From Elusimicrobiota bacterium (GTDB taxonomy: Bacteria; Elusimicrobiota; Elusimicrobia; Elusimicrobiales; UBA9959): DNA of 64,000 bases. The first letter of the stretch is position 1. Every line of letters begins with the position of its first letter. The notes beneath the pieces are model-generated. The model did not search any database. It was not told the origin of the DNA and saw nothing but the letters and a program-made list of their open reading frames with translations. Below, piece by piece: positions 17,148 through 27,197 of the stretch. The stretch spans positions 2,775 to 66,774 of the forward strand of contig JACQYT010000015.1 of the NCBI GenBank assembly GCA_016208085.1. Reading direction: 5' to 3'. A program made the position numbers and the translations under genes.

Positions 17148-18577
17148 ATGCTGAGCTCCTTGGGATTGGAAGTGAGCCAGAATTCATAAACAGCCCTGGT
17201 CACGAATACCGAAGTGAACATACCGCACAACAAACCTATGGTCAGAGTGACTGCAAAGCCTTTAACGGGCCCGGAACCGAACTGAAAAAGAAAGATGGCG
17301 GCTATCCAGGTGGTCACGTTGGAGTCCAGAATGGCGCTCCAGGCCTTGTCGTAGGCGGTAGGGATGATCAGCGGGATAGGCTTGGACAACGCCATTTCTT
17401 CGCGCATCCTTTCAAGGATAAGGACGTTCGCGTCTATGGCCATCGCAAGGCTGAGTATCATGCCGGCAATGCCGGGCAGCGTAAGTGTGGCCGAGAAATA
17501 GCTCATGGCCGCTATCAGCAGTATGACGTTGAGACCGATGGCCAGATTGGCGACAAAGCCGCCGGCTTTGTAATACACGACCATGAAAAGCACAACAGCC
17601 AGAAAGCCTATGACGGAAGCGGTCAGGCCTTTTTTGATGGAGTCTTCGCCCAGGTCAGGGCCGACGACCCTTTTTTCTATTATCTTCACCGGGGCCGGCA
17701 GGGCGCCCGCGCGCAGCACGATCGCCAGGTTCCGGGCAGTCTCTATGGTGAAAGAGCCTTCTATGACGCCGGAGCCGCCGCCTATCCTGGATTTTATGAC
17801 CGGGGCGGAGTGCACCACGTCGTCAAGCACTATGGCGAGGTATTTGCCGACGTTATCGCCGGTAAAGCTCTCAAAGATTTTGCCGCCCTCTTTATTGAAG
17901 GTGAACGCGATGTTGGGAGTGCCGAACTGGCTGTCGGTCTCAACCCTGGCGTTTTCAAGATAGGCGCCGGTGACGGGGACGGTGGATTCCAGGACATAAT
18001 ATTTCGTCCGGGCGCCGTCTTCTTCGCTGGCCGCCCTGAACAGCAGCGCGCCTTTCGGCATCAGTTTGGCTATTTCCGGGCTAAGCGCACCGCCTTTGGC
18101 GAAAGGGGATTCGTTAAGTTCGGCGACCCTGGCCAGCGCTTTCTCCGCTTCGGGACTGGTGTTTACCAGCCGAAATTCAAGCAGCGCGGTCCTGCCTATA
18201 AGGTCTTCCGCTTCTTCGGTATTGGAGATGCCGGGCAGGTCCACGGAGATCCAGCGTTCGCCCTGCCTGGAGATGGGGGTTTCGCCCACGCCGTACTGGT
18301 CTATGCGGTTGCGGATGATCTCTATGGCGCGGACAAGGGCGTCGGCTAAATTCGTTTTCTTATCAAGTTTCTCAACATCCAGTTCCAGCAGCATGTGGGT
18401 GCCGCCCCGCAGATCCAGGCCCAGATTGAGTATTCTCCTGGGGCGCATTTTGATGGCTTCAAGCTTGCCTCTTTCCTCCGCCGGCTTCGTGTACCATTCT
18501 ACGGTGGGATACAGCAGCCAGATCGAAAGTATCAGCAGGCCCAGCACAAGGCCTAATTTCCAGTGTAAGACGTTCAT
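17144..18577 (-). CDS. secD: Protein translocase subunit SecD
   Basis: LGLDLRGGTHMLLELD, SVIGFLAVVLFMVVYYK, ANVLILERMREE; 4-nt overlap with secF. Confidence 0.9.
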   Translation of the reverse strand: MNVLHWKLGLVLGLLILSIWLLYPTVEWYTKPAEERGKLEAIKMRPRRILNLGLDLRGGTHMLLELDVEKLDKKTNLADALVRAIEIIRNRIDQYGVGETPISRQGERWISVDLPGISNTEEAEDLIGRTALLEFRLVNTSPEAEKALARVAELNESPFAKGGALSPEIAKLMPKGALLFRAASEEDGARTKYYVLESTVPVTGAYLENARVETDSQFGTPNIAFTFNKEGGKIFESFTGDNVGKYLAIVLDDVVHSAPVIKSRIGGGSGVIEGSFTIETARNLAIVLRAGALPAPVKIIEKRVVGPDLGEDSIKKGLTASVIGFLAVVLFMVVYYKAGGFVANLAIGLNVILLIAAMSYFSATLTLPGIAGMILSLAMAIDANVLILERMREEMALSKPIPLIIPTAYDKAWSAILDSNVTTWIAAIFLFQFGSGPVKGFAVTLTIGLLCGMFTSVFVTRAVYEFWLTSNPKELSI

Positions 18578-18591
18578 AGCTCTCCTGCTCC

Positions 18592-18861
18592 CTATTTCTG
18601 GTTTACAAGGCCGGCGACGGCCGACCTGATAACGGTGACTTTAACGTTTTTGGCGATCTCCACTTCCATGTCGTCTTCCCTGATGCCGGTTATGAGCCCG
18701 ACAATCCCGCCGTTAGTGAGGATTTTGTCGCCGGTTTTGAGGCTTTTAAGCATGGCGTTTCTTTCTTTCATCTGTTTCTGCTGCGGCCGGATCAGCAGGA
18801 AATAAAATATGCCCATTATTATAATCAGCGGCACGAATTGCATTAAAGCGTTCTGGCTCAT
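18592..18861 (-). CDS. yajC: Preprotein translocase subunit YajC
   Basis: MSQNALMQFVPLIIIMGIFYFLLIRPQQKQMKE...GDKILTNGGIVG; AAAGGAG RBS before ATG 18861. Confidence 0.85.
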   Translation of the reverse strand: MSQNALMQFVPLIIIMGIFYFLLIRPQQKQMKERNAMLKSLKTGDKILTNGGIVGLITGIREDDMEVEIAKNVKVTVIRSAVAGLVNQK

Positions 18862-19017
18862 TGCAGCTCCTTTACCCAAAAATCGCAACAAGCGATTTTT
18901 GGGTCATCGTTCGTCTGTTTATAGACTTCGGCCAATAGACTCTACCGGTAAACGCCTGTGAAATTTTCCATCGCCGGTCAGGACTGCTTAATATTCTAAC
19001 AAATTTTTTTAACCTGC

Positions 19018-19073
19018 TGTAGCGGCGGATGTAAATCCGCGCAAAATGAGGGCGATTTGCATCGCCCGCTACA
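19018..19073. repeat. REP element (TGTAGCGG family)
   Basis: tgtagcggcggatgtaaatccgc...gggcgatttgcatcgcccgctaca. Confidence 0.75.
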
Positions 19074-19084
19074 TATTTTTCGGC

Positions 19085-20304
<1,220 letters not shown>

Positions 20305-21357
20305 CTACAGTATCAGCATCGCGTCGCCATAAGAGTAAAACCGGTATTTATTTTCAACGGCCCGGGTGTATGCGTCAAAAAGCAGTTCCCGGCCGGCGAA
20401 AGCGGCCGTCATGTAAAGCGGGGCGGAAGAGGGCACATGAAGATTGGTGCAGAAAGCGTCCGCCGCCCTGAACCTGTAGCCGGGATAGATAAAAAGCTCC
20501 GCTTTTGCCGCGCCGGGAAAAACCCTCCCGTCTTCGCCGGCGAAGGTTTCAAGCGCGCGCATCGAGGAGGTGCCGACGGCGATTATCCTTGAACCGTTCT
20601 TTTTTGCCGCGTTGATGACCGCCGCCGTTTCCCCGGGCACGCAGCAATCCTCGCTCAGCATCACATGGCGTTTGGGGTTGCCGTTTCTGACGGGTTTAAA
20701 CGTCCCCCAGCCTATATGAAGCGTCACATAAACCGCCTTGACGCCGTTGGCCTGGAGCCTTTCCAGCAAGCCGGGGGTGAAATGAAAACCCGCGGTGGGC
20801 GCCGCGATGGAGCCCGGTTCGCCGGCGAATATCGTCTGATACCCCCGCTCATCCTCGCCCGTCGCGGGGCTTAAGCCGGCTTTTTTCCTGGCCCTCAAAA
20901 TATACCACGGAAGCGGGACCTCGGCGTTTTTTTCAAGGTAGACGGGGTCCAGCGCCGCCGAAAATTCAAAAAGAAAACTGCCGTCCGGCTCCCGGCGCAG
21001 GCATTGGGCCGGGACGCCGCCGCGGCAGACAAGTTTTTCTCCCGGCCGGACCTTGCGGGCCAGGGCTTTCCAGGTCTTCAGCCCCGGCTCCGCCGGTTTC
21101 ATCAGCAACAGGTCCACTTTTGCGCCGGTCGGCCGCGCGGTCGGAAGCCGGGCTTTCCAAACCCTGCTCCGGTTAAGGACCAGGACGTCGGAAGGCGCCA
21201 GGAATTCCGGCAGGTCCCTGAAGGCTTTATGCGTTATCGTCCCGCTTTTCCGGTCCAGGACCATAAGCCGCGAGGAGTCGCGCGGCTCGGCCGGTTTTGC
21301 GGCTATAAGCGGTTCAATAGCGAGGGTTAAGAATTCTGGTAAGCTGTGGCCGGTCAT
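20305..21357 (-). CDS. queA: S-adenosylmethionine:tRNA ribosyltransferase-isomerase
   Basis: PRDSSRLMVL, GSIAAPTAGFHFT, IAVGTSSMRALE. Confidence 0.9.
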   Translation of the reverse strand: MTGHSLPEFLTLAIEPLIAAKPAEPRDSSRLMVLDRKSGTITHKAFRDLPEFLAPSDVLVLNRSRVWKARLPTARPTGAKVDLLLMKPAEPGLKTWKALARKVRPGEKLVCRGGVPAQCLRREPDGSFLFEFSAALDPVYLEKNAEVPLPWYILRARKKAGLSPATGEDERGYQTIFAGEPGSIAAPTAGFHFTPGLLERLQANGVKAVYVTLHIGWGTFKPVRNGNPKRHVMLSEDCCVPGETAAVINAAKKNGSRIIAVGTSSMRALETFAGEDGRVFPGAAKAELFIYPGYRFRAADAFCTNLHVPSSAPLYMTAAFAGRELLFDAYTRAVENKYRFYSYGDAMLIL

Positions 21358-21362
21358 TTTTT

Positions 21363-22550
21363 TTATTTTACATCGTCAATCGTAACGCCCGGATAATAGT
21401 GTTTGAGTATCCTTTTATAGTTTTTGCCGTTCAGAGCCATCTGTCTGGCGCCGTCCTGGCACATGCCCACGCCGTGCCCCCAGCCTTTGCCCTTAAACTC
21501 ATAGCCGCCTCTCAAGCGCGCCACGCGGGTGATGAAAGTGCTTCTTATGTCGGAGGCGCCGAAATGCCTGCGCAGCGCGGAAGCCGCGACCGTAACGGAG
21601 CCGGCGTCGGTCGCAAACCGGAAAGCCCGCGTCCGGCCGGAGCGGTCTTTTTTATGTATCCGCGCGCCCTTAATCTTGAGCGCCGTGGAACCGTTTTTCT
21701 GTATAAACGCCAGCAGGTCCCCGGCCGCGACGTAGAAATTCCAGCGATAATGCGGCGAATTGGAGCAGAAAGGGTCTCTGATGCCGGCCAGGGGTTTAAT
21801 GCTGTCTCCGCTCCACGCGGCGCCGGCGCTTGCCGTATGCCCGCCGCAGCAGGCGTGAAAGAAAGCGGTTATCAGTTTCCCTTTATAGGCGAGCACCGAA
21901 CCCCTGGTGGAATTCACGGCTTTAATGATCTTTGAGTTTACGAGGGAAGCTCCGTTATAGACCTGCATCTCCGCGCCGTCCGTGAGGTCGTAATCTTTTT
22001 TCGGATTTATGTTCTTAAGGGCGTAGGTGCGCGACGCGATTGCCTGGGCCTTAAGCGCTTCAAGGGGCCAATCCGGGCTCATCTCCACTCCCAGCACTCC
22101 GTAGAGATAATCCTCTACGGAAAGCTGTTCTATGACCTCCAGCTTTTCGTCCGCCGCGGTTTTAATGAAGAGCTCGCCTTTATAGAATCGGCCGTTGAGG
22201 TTCACTTTCCCGCCGCCGTCGGGGGGCATAAGCTTTACGGGCGACTCAAGCGTAGCGCCCGCAAGCGCAAGCCGTGAAGGGCTGATATACTTTATCTCGT
22301 ATGAAGACCTTTCAAGCAGCATGTATTTCTGACCGGTCCTGACTTCTATCGCATACACCCTGCTTGAGGTCTTGAGCGTGAAGCGCGGCGTATTCCTGGC
22401 GATGGCCACCCTTATGACGGCGCCGTTCCCGTCGCCGGAATCCGCAGCCGCGCCATGGAGGAAAAACAGTAAAAGAAGCAGGGATAAAGGATTAAGGATA
22501 AAGGCTAAAGGGCGGAAAAAATCTTTTTGTTTTCGTGTTTTTTCCTTCAT
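21363..22550 (-). CDS. SpoIID/LytB domain protein
   Basis: FFHACCGGHTASAGAAW and GHGVGMCQDGA. The signal peptide is partly encoded by a class B element. Confidence 0.8.
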   Translation of the reverse strand: MKEKTRKQKDFFRPLAFILNPLSLLLLLFFLHGAAADSGDGNGAVIRVAIARNTPRFTLKTSSRVYAIEVRTGQKYMLLERSSYEIKYISPSRLALAGATLESPVKLMPPDGGGKVNLNGRFYKGELFIKTAADEKLEVIEQLSVEDYLYGVLGVEMSPDWPLEALKAQAIASRTYALKNINPKKDYDLTDGAEMQVYNGASLVNSKIIKAVNSTRGSVLAYKGKLITAFFHACCGGHTASAGAAWSGDSIKPLAGIRDPFCSNSPHYRWNFYVAAGDLLAFIQKNGSTALKIKGARIHKKDRSGRTRAFRFATDAGSVTVAASALRRHFGASDIRSTFITRVARLRGGYEFKGKGWGHGVGMCQDGARQMALNGKNYKRILKHYYPGVTIDDVK

Positions 22551-22570
22551 CCCTTAGCCTTTAGCCTTCC
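22481..22570 (-). repeat. Class B word hairpin containing the ruvB stop and the SpoIID-like start
   Basis: Arms 22481-22512 and 22538-22570. ruvB TAA at 22561-22563 and ATG at 22548-22550 both lie inside the purine arm. Confidence 0.75.
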
Positions 22571-23580
22571 GACGGGGGCGGCTTCAGCCCGAGGTGCAGG
22601 CAGGCTTTCGGGGTCAGCGTCCTGCCCCGGGCGGTGCGCTGAAGAAAGCCGCTCTGCATGAGGTAAGGCTCTATTACGTCGGTAAGGGTGTCTATCTCTT
22701 CGCTGACGCTTACGGCGAGCGTTTCCAGGCCCACCGGCCCGCCGCCGAATTTCTCGGCAATGGTCAGCAAAAGCCTGCGGTCAAGCTTATCAAGGCCTTC
22801 CGGGTCTATTTCAAGGGAATCCATGGCGTTGACCGTAACCTCCCGCGTAATGACGCCGTCGGCACGCACCTGCGCAAAGTCGCGGACCCGCTTAAGGAGG
22901 CGGTTAGCTATCCGGGGCGTGCCGCGGGAGCGCCTGGCTATATGGCTTAAGCCCTCCGGCCTGGTTTCGGCTTTAAGTATCCGGGCGGACCGTGCCAGTA
23001 TTTTTTCTATATCGGCCTGCGAGTAAAAGCCGAGGTCAAACACTATTCCGAAGCGGTCCCTTAACGGCCCGGTCAGGAGTCCGCTTCTGGTGGTGGCGCC
23101 CACCAGCGTAAAACGCGGCACCGCCAGTTTAAGCGTGGTGGCGCCGGGCCCGGCGCCGGTGCTTATAAAGAACAAAAAGTCCTCCATTACCGGGTATAAG
23201 GCCTCTTCCACCGCGGCGTTAAGGCGGTGTATCTCGTCTATAAAAAGGATGTCGCCTTCGGCCAGTTCCGTGGTGAGCATGGCGGCCAGGTCGCCGGGCT
23301 TGGTCAGAACCGGCCCCGAAGTGATCTTAATGTTTACGCCCATTTCCACGGCCAGGATATGCGCAAGCGTGGTTTTTCCCAGGCCGGGGGGGGAATAGAA
23401 AAGGCAGTGGTCAAGCGGTTCCTTTCTGCCTTTAGCCGCGTCTATAAAAACGCGCAGGTTGTCTTTGAGTTTGTCCTGTCCCACGAATTCTCCGAGATCC
23501 CTGGGCCTCAGGCGCAGGTCCGCGTATTTAAGCTCTTCGTCCGTGGGCTTTGAAGATAAAAACTCGTTATTCGGGGCCAT
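22561..23580 (-). CDS. ruvB: Holliday junction helicase RuvB
   Basis: Walker [22 protein letters not shown]. Confidence 0.95.
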   Translation of the reverse strand: MAPNNEFLSSKPTDEELKYADLRLRPRDLGEFVGQDKLKDNLRVFIDAAKGRKEPLDHCLFYSPPGLGKTTLAHILAVEMGVNIKITSGPVLTKPGDLAAMLTTELAEGDILFIDEIHRLNAAVEEALYPVMEDFLFFISTGAGPGATTLKLAVPRFTLVGATTRSGLLTGPLRDRFGIVFDLGFYSQADIEKILARSARILKAETRPEGLSHIARRSRGTPRIANRLLKRVRDFAQVRADGVITREVTVNAMDSLEIDPEGLDKLDRRLLLTIAEKFGGGPVGLETLAVSVSEEIDTLTDVIEPYLMQSGFLQRTARGRTLTPKACLHLGLKPPPSEG

Positions 23581-23610
23581 ATTCGTTAGTCTAAAGTCTA
23601 TACTTCTGTT

Positions 23611-24228
23611 CTATTTCGGCGACAGTCTTTTCAGCGTCCTTTTTAACAATTGTTCCGCGTTCTCCGGCCCATGAGGGGCTTCAGTCCCGGCCGCGTCAAG
23701 CGCCGCTTTGGCCTCTCCCGCCTTAAACCCGAGCGTGGCGAGCGCGCTCAGCACCTGGGCGTAAGCGCCGGACTTCCATGAGCGGCGGATATTTTCGTCG
23801 CCGGAAGTTTCAAAATCAGGCATCTTGTACTTCAGCGCCGCGATCAGCTTTTCCGCCGTTTTTGCCGTAAAGCCGAAGATGGTGACCAAAAGCTTGAGAT
23901 CGTTCTTTATGACGGCCTGCTTGAAGTCGGGCAGGGATTTAAGGGCCTTAGCCAGGTAGTCGAGGGCCTTTTTCGCGCCGGTATTGGGCACGGCTTCCCG
24001 GAAAAGCTCGAACAGGTTTTTTTCCTCGGCGCTCAAAAACCCGTAAAGAGCGGTGCCGCCGTACATGCTGACGGATTCCGCTATAAATGCCGCCGTCTCG
24101 GTTCCCTGGTCGCCCATGGAGTTAAGAGACTCGGCGCAGAAAAACACTTCATACCCGATGCCGCCGGCCTCTATGACCGCGCGGTCTTCCGTTTTAGCGA
24201 TCAGTTTTCCTTTGATGTAAGCGATCAT
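23611..24228 (-). CDS. ruvA: Holliday junction DNA-binding protein RuvA
   Basis: MIAYIKGKL...GIGYEV start pattern and typical length. Confidence 0.9.
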   Translation of the reverse strand: MIAYIKGKLIAKTEDRAVIEAGGIGYEVFFCAESLNSMGDQGTETAAFIAESVSMYGGTALYGFLSAEEKNLFELFREAVPNTGAKKALDYLAKALKSLPDFKQAVIKNDLKLLVTIFGFTAKTAEKLIAALKYKMPDFETSGDENIRRSWKSGAYAQVLSALATLGFKAGEAKAALDAAGTEAPHGPENAEQLLKRTLKRLSPK

Positions 24229-24251
24229 AAAAATTTTTGCAGCAAAAATTT

Positions 24252-24773
24252 TTAATCAACTGCAATTCCCTTTTTTCCGGCGTTTGCTACAGCCGCCTTA
24301 AAGGGGCCCAGCCTCAGGTGGCAGATGGCGGCGGCCATGGCGTCGGCTACGTCGTCCGGCTTTGGCGTTTCTTTCAGGTTCAGGATCAATTGCACTACCC
24401 GCTGCATCTGCCTTTTGTCCGCGTTGCCGTTGCCGCTCAAATTCGCTTTTATGGTCTTCGGGTTATAGGAATTTACCGCCAGCCCCGTTTTTTCGCAGGC
24501 GAGCAGTATCACTCCCCTGGCGTGGGTGGTATTGGCCTGGGTGTCCGCGCGCTTGGAAAAGAAGGCTTCCTCTATGGAGGCCGCGTCGGGAGCCGAACGT
24601 CTTATCTCCGCCGTGACGGCGTCGAATATTTCAAGAAGTCTTTTCCCCAGGCCCGTCCCTTTTTCAGTATGAATCAAACCCGCAGAGGCAAGTTTAAGAG
24701 GGCCGCCTCCGGTTTTTTCAACGACAGCCCAGCCGGTTCTGTCAAGCCCGGGGTCTATGCCGAAAATCTTCAT
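24252..24773 (-). CDS. ruvC: Crossover junction endodeoxyribonuclease RuvC
   Basis: MKIFGIDPGLDRTGWAV..., PDDVADAMAAAICH. Confidence 0.9.
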   Translation of the reverse strand: MKIFGIDPGLDRTGWAVVEKTGGGPLKLASAGLIHTEKGTGLGKRLLEIFDAVTAEIRRSAPDAASIEEAFFSKRADTQANTTHARGVILLACEKTGLAVNSYNPKTIKANLSGNGNADKRQMQRVVQLILNLKETPKPDDVADAMAAAICHLRLGPFKAAVANAGKKGIAVD

Positions 24774-24780
24774 ACGTGGA

Positions 24781-24874
24781 TAGTCTAGAGTCTAAAGTCG
24801 AGAGTCTAGAGTGTAGAGTTTAAAGCACATTTCTCTTTGATCTTTAGACTTTAGACTCTCCACTTTAGACTTTA
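24781..24874 (-). repeat. Class C word hairpin (TAGACTTTAGACT family) between yebC and ruvC
   Basis: Arms 24781-24823 and 24841-24874. The yebC TAA is the first triplet of one arm. The loop holds an ATG opening a 12-codon mini-ORF. Confidence 0.65.
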
Positions 24875-25624
24875 CTCCAGCTTGGCCAGAATAGAATCCG
24901 GAATGTTGAAGTTGGAGTGCACTTTCTGCACGTCTTCGTGGTCTTCCAGGGCGGTCATCAGGTTTACGACAGCTTGAGCCTTGTCTTCGCCCACGTTGAC
25001 CTCGTTCTCGGCCAGCATCGCGAGTTCCGCCTGGACAATCGGGATCTTACGCTCCTGGAGTTTTTTCCTGACGGTTTCAAAATCCGCGGGAGCGGTGATG
25101 ATCTCATACTCATCGGAGCCGTCCGGCGACTTAAAATCCTCGGCTCCGGCATCAAGGGCAAGCGTCATCAGCTCATCTTCCCTGTCGCCGGCTTTTTTGA
25201 CGGTAATATAGCCTTTCGGTTTGAACATCCAGGCCACGCAGCCGGTGCCGCCCAGGTTCCCGCCGGTGACCTCAAAGATCTTGCGTATTTCGCTGAATAC
25301 CCTGTTCCTGTTATCGGTGGTGACTTCCACCAGGACCGCGATGCCGCCGGGACCGTAGCCCTCGTACATTATCTCCTCATAGCTCACGCCGGGTAACTGG
25401 CCCGTGCCGCGCATGATGGCGCGCTTCACGTTGTCCACGGGCATATTGGCGTCCCTGGCGTCTTCCATGGCCTTGCGCAGGCGCGGATTCTCTTCCGGCT
25501 TGCCGCCGCCTGTTTTGGCGGCTACGGTTATTTCTTTTATGATTTTGGTGAATACTTTGCCTTTTTTCGCGTCGGTAACGGCTTTTTTGTGCTTTATTCC
25601 TGCCCAGTGAGAATGTCCACCCAT
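24872..25624 (-). CDS. yebC: YebC/PmpR family transcriptional regulator
   Basis: MGGHSHWAGIKHKKAVTDAKKGKVFTK; start at M39 of ORF 24872..25738. Confidence 0.9.
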   Translation of the reverse strand: MGGHSHWAGIKHKKAVTDAKKGKVFTKIIKEITVAAKTGGGKPEENPRLRKAMEDARDANMPVDNVKRAIMRGTGQLPGVSYEEIMYEGYGPGGIAVLVEVTTDNRNRVFSEIRKIFEVTGGNLGGTGCVAWMFKPKGYITVKKAGDREDELMTLALDAGAEDFKSPDGSDEYEIITAPADFETVRKKLQERKIPIVQAELAMLAENEVNVGEDKAQAVVNLMTALEDHEDVQKVHSNFNIPDSILAKLE

Positions 25625-25713
25625 AGTCGCTCCTTGTAATATCCGCCCGAATTTGCCCGGCCGGACGCATACGGGAACTGAACTTAAATTAGGCCCCCTT
25701 CGGGGGCAACTTT

Positions 25714-25765
25714 TGTAGCGGTGCGATTTATCGCACAAATTCGTCGCATGAATGCGACCGCTACA
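25714..25765. repeat. REP element (TGTAGCGG family, divergent inner hairpins)
   Basis: tgtagcggtgcgatttatcgcac...gtcgcatgaatgcgaccgctaca. Confidence 0.7.
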
Positions 25766-25878
25766 GCAAACATTGAAATTCCTAAGCCTTAAATTCTATA
25801 ATAATGCAAGCTCTTTCACAAGAAAGAGTTATCTGTACTATCTCGCTTTCACGCTTTCTTGCTATCTTGCTGTTGTTT

Positions 25879-25952
25879 GCCCCCTTAGCTCAACCGGATA
25901 GAGCGGCTGCCTTCGGAGCAGTAGGTTGCAGGTTCGACTCCTGCAGGGGGCA
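25879..25952 (+). tRNA. tRNA-Arg (anticodon TCG)
   Basis: Hand-folded cloverleaf. Acceptor GCCCCCT/AGGGGGC; D arm GCTC...GAGC; anticodon stem GCTGC/GCAGT with loop CTTCGGA; T arm GCAGG-TTCGACT-CCTGC; discriminator A. No encoded CCA. Confidence 0.85.
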
Positions 25953-26013
25953 CGCAACATTTATGTAATTAATCCTTAATGTTACTGAAAAATCTATATT
26001 AGATGCTATATCC

Positions 26014-27120
26014 ATGCAGACGAACGCGCTAGCTGTGGTTCTTTTTATGGCAGGGCGCCTTGGCGCCCAGGAACTATCCAATCATGACCTGGGGCGCAAG
26101 GCGCTTGAAACAGCGGTGACGTATACCAAAAGCGCGGATTCCGATGTCCGAACTATGGCGGCCGAGGTCCTGGGCCAGACAGGCAATAAGTCCGCCGCGG
26201 GTCTCCTGAAAAAACTGCTCGCGGATCCGGACAAGCATACGCGCATCGCGGCGGCCGAGTCGCTGTGGAAACTGGGAGACACGGGCGGCTTTCAGGCCAT
26301 TTACGCCATTATCAACGATGTGCCGGCGCAGGGCCCCGTGGGAAACACCGCGCTGGTCGAGCTTAAAATAATTTCCCAGAACAAAATACGCGAGCATGCT
26401 ATAGAGGCGTACGCGCGGATAAAAGGGGAAAAAGCTTCGGAGCTTCTTTTCAAGCTTAAGAACGATACTTACGGTTCCATCCGGGATGTGGCAGCCAGGG
26501 AACTTTCCGGGCTTGGTTACTCCGACGAGATGGCGCAGTTCCTGGACGCGCTGGAAAGCGACGACGAAGCGATAAGGTATGCGAGCGTAAAAGTGTTCGC
26601 TAAGATCTGCAATTCCGACGCCGTGGAACCGCTTGGCGCCCTGCTTATGAAGGAGATGTCCAGCCGCGTCAGAATTGCGGCGCTTGACGCCCTGAAATGC
26701 ATGAGCGCCAGGAAGAATGCGCTGCCCCAACTGCTGAAGCTCGCGGATGACGCGAACCCCTCCATCCAATTCAAAGCGGTAGGGGTTTTAAGCGCCATAC
26801 GGGATAAAAAGGCTTTTGAAAAATTGGCGGGAATATACGGCGCGACGACCGACTTGAATCTGAAAGTCGCGACGCTCAAAGGGCTTATGAGCGGAGGCCG
26901 GGCGCCGGACAAGGACCTGCTTGACCTCGCTTTCGCCTCCGCCAATCCGGACGTTAAAACGGAAGCCCTTAAAGTGCTGGAAAACATGGCTGAAGCCGAG
27001 GTTAAGCCATACCTGCGGGATGCTTTAAGCGATTCCAGCGTCAATGTGAGACTGGCCGCGGCCCAGCAGATCCTGAAACGGTTCGCCAAGCAACAGGCGC
27101 AAAGCAGCGGCGCAAAGTGA
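26014..27120 (+). CDS. HEAT-repeat protein (PBS-lyase-type repeats)
   Basis: Repeated D..VR..AA..LG...A...L..LL.D units throughout the 368-aa ORF. Confidence 0.7.
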   Translation: MQTNALAVVLFMAGRLGAQELSNHDLGRKALETAVTYTKSADSDVRTMAAEVLGQTGNKSAAGLLKKLLADPDKHTRIAAAESLWKLGDTGGFQAIYAIINDVPAQGPVGNTALVELKIISQNKIREHAIEAYARIKGEKASELLFKLKNDTYGSIRDVAARELSGLGYSDEMAQFLDALESDDEAIRYASVKVFAKICNSDAVEPLGALLMKEMSSRVRIAALDALKCMSARKNALPQLLKLADDANPSIQFKAVGVLSAIRDKKAFEKLAGIYGATTDLNLKVATLKGLMSGGRAPDKDLLDLAFASANPDVKTEALKVLENMAEAEVKPYLRDALSDSSVNVRLAAAQQILKRFAKQQAQSSGAK

Positions 27121-27197
27121 CAGGGAAAAGGCTGAAGGATAAGCTTAAGGCTGAAGGGCATGAGGAGAAAAGAAAAGTATTTAAGGTGAATACTTTT

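Noticed and set aside
25686-25712. Rho-independent terminator ggccccc-ttcg-ggggc followed by aacTTTTg
   Set aside because: No plus-strand gene ends upstream of it. It lies in the yebC leader region next to a REP, so a terminator role is unsupported.
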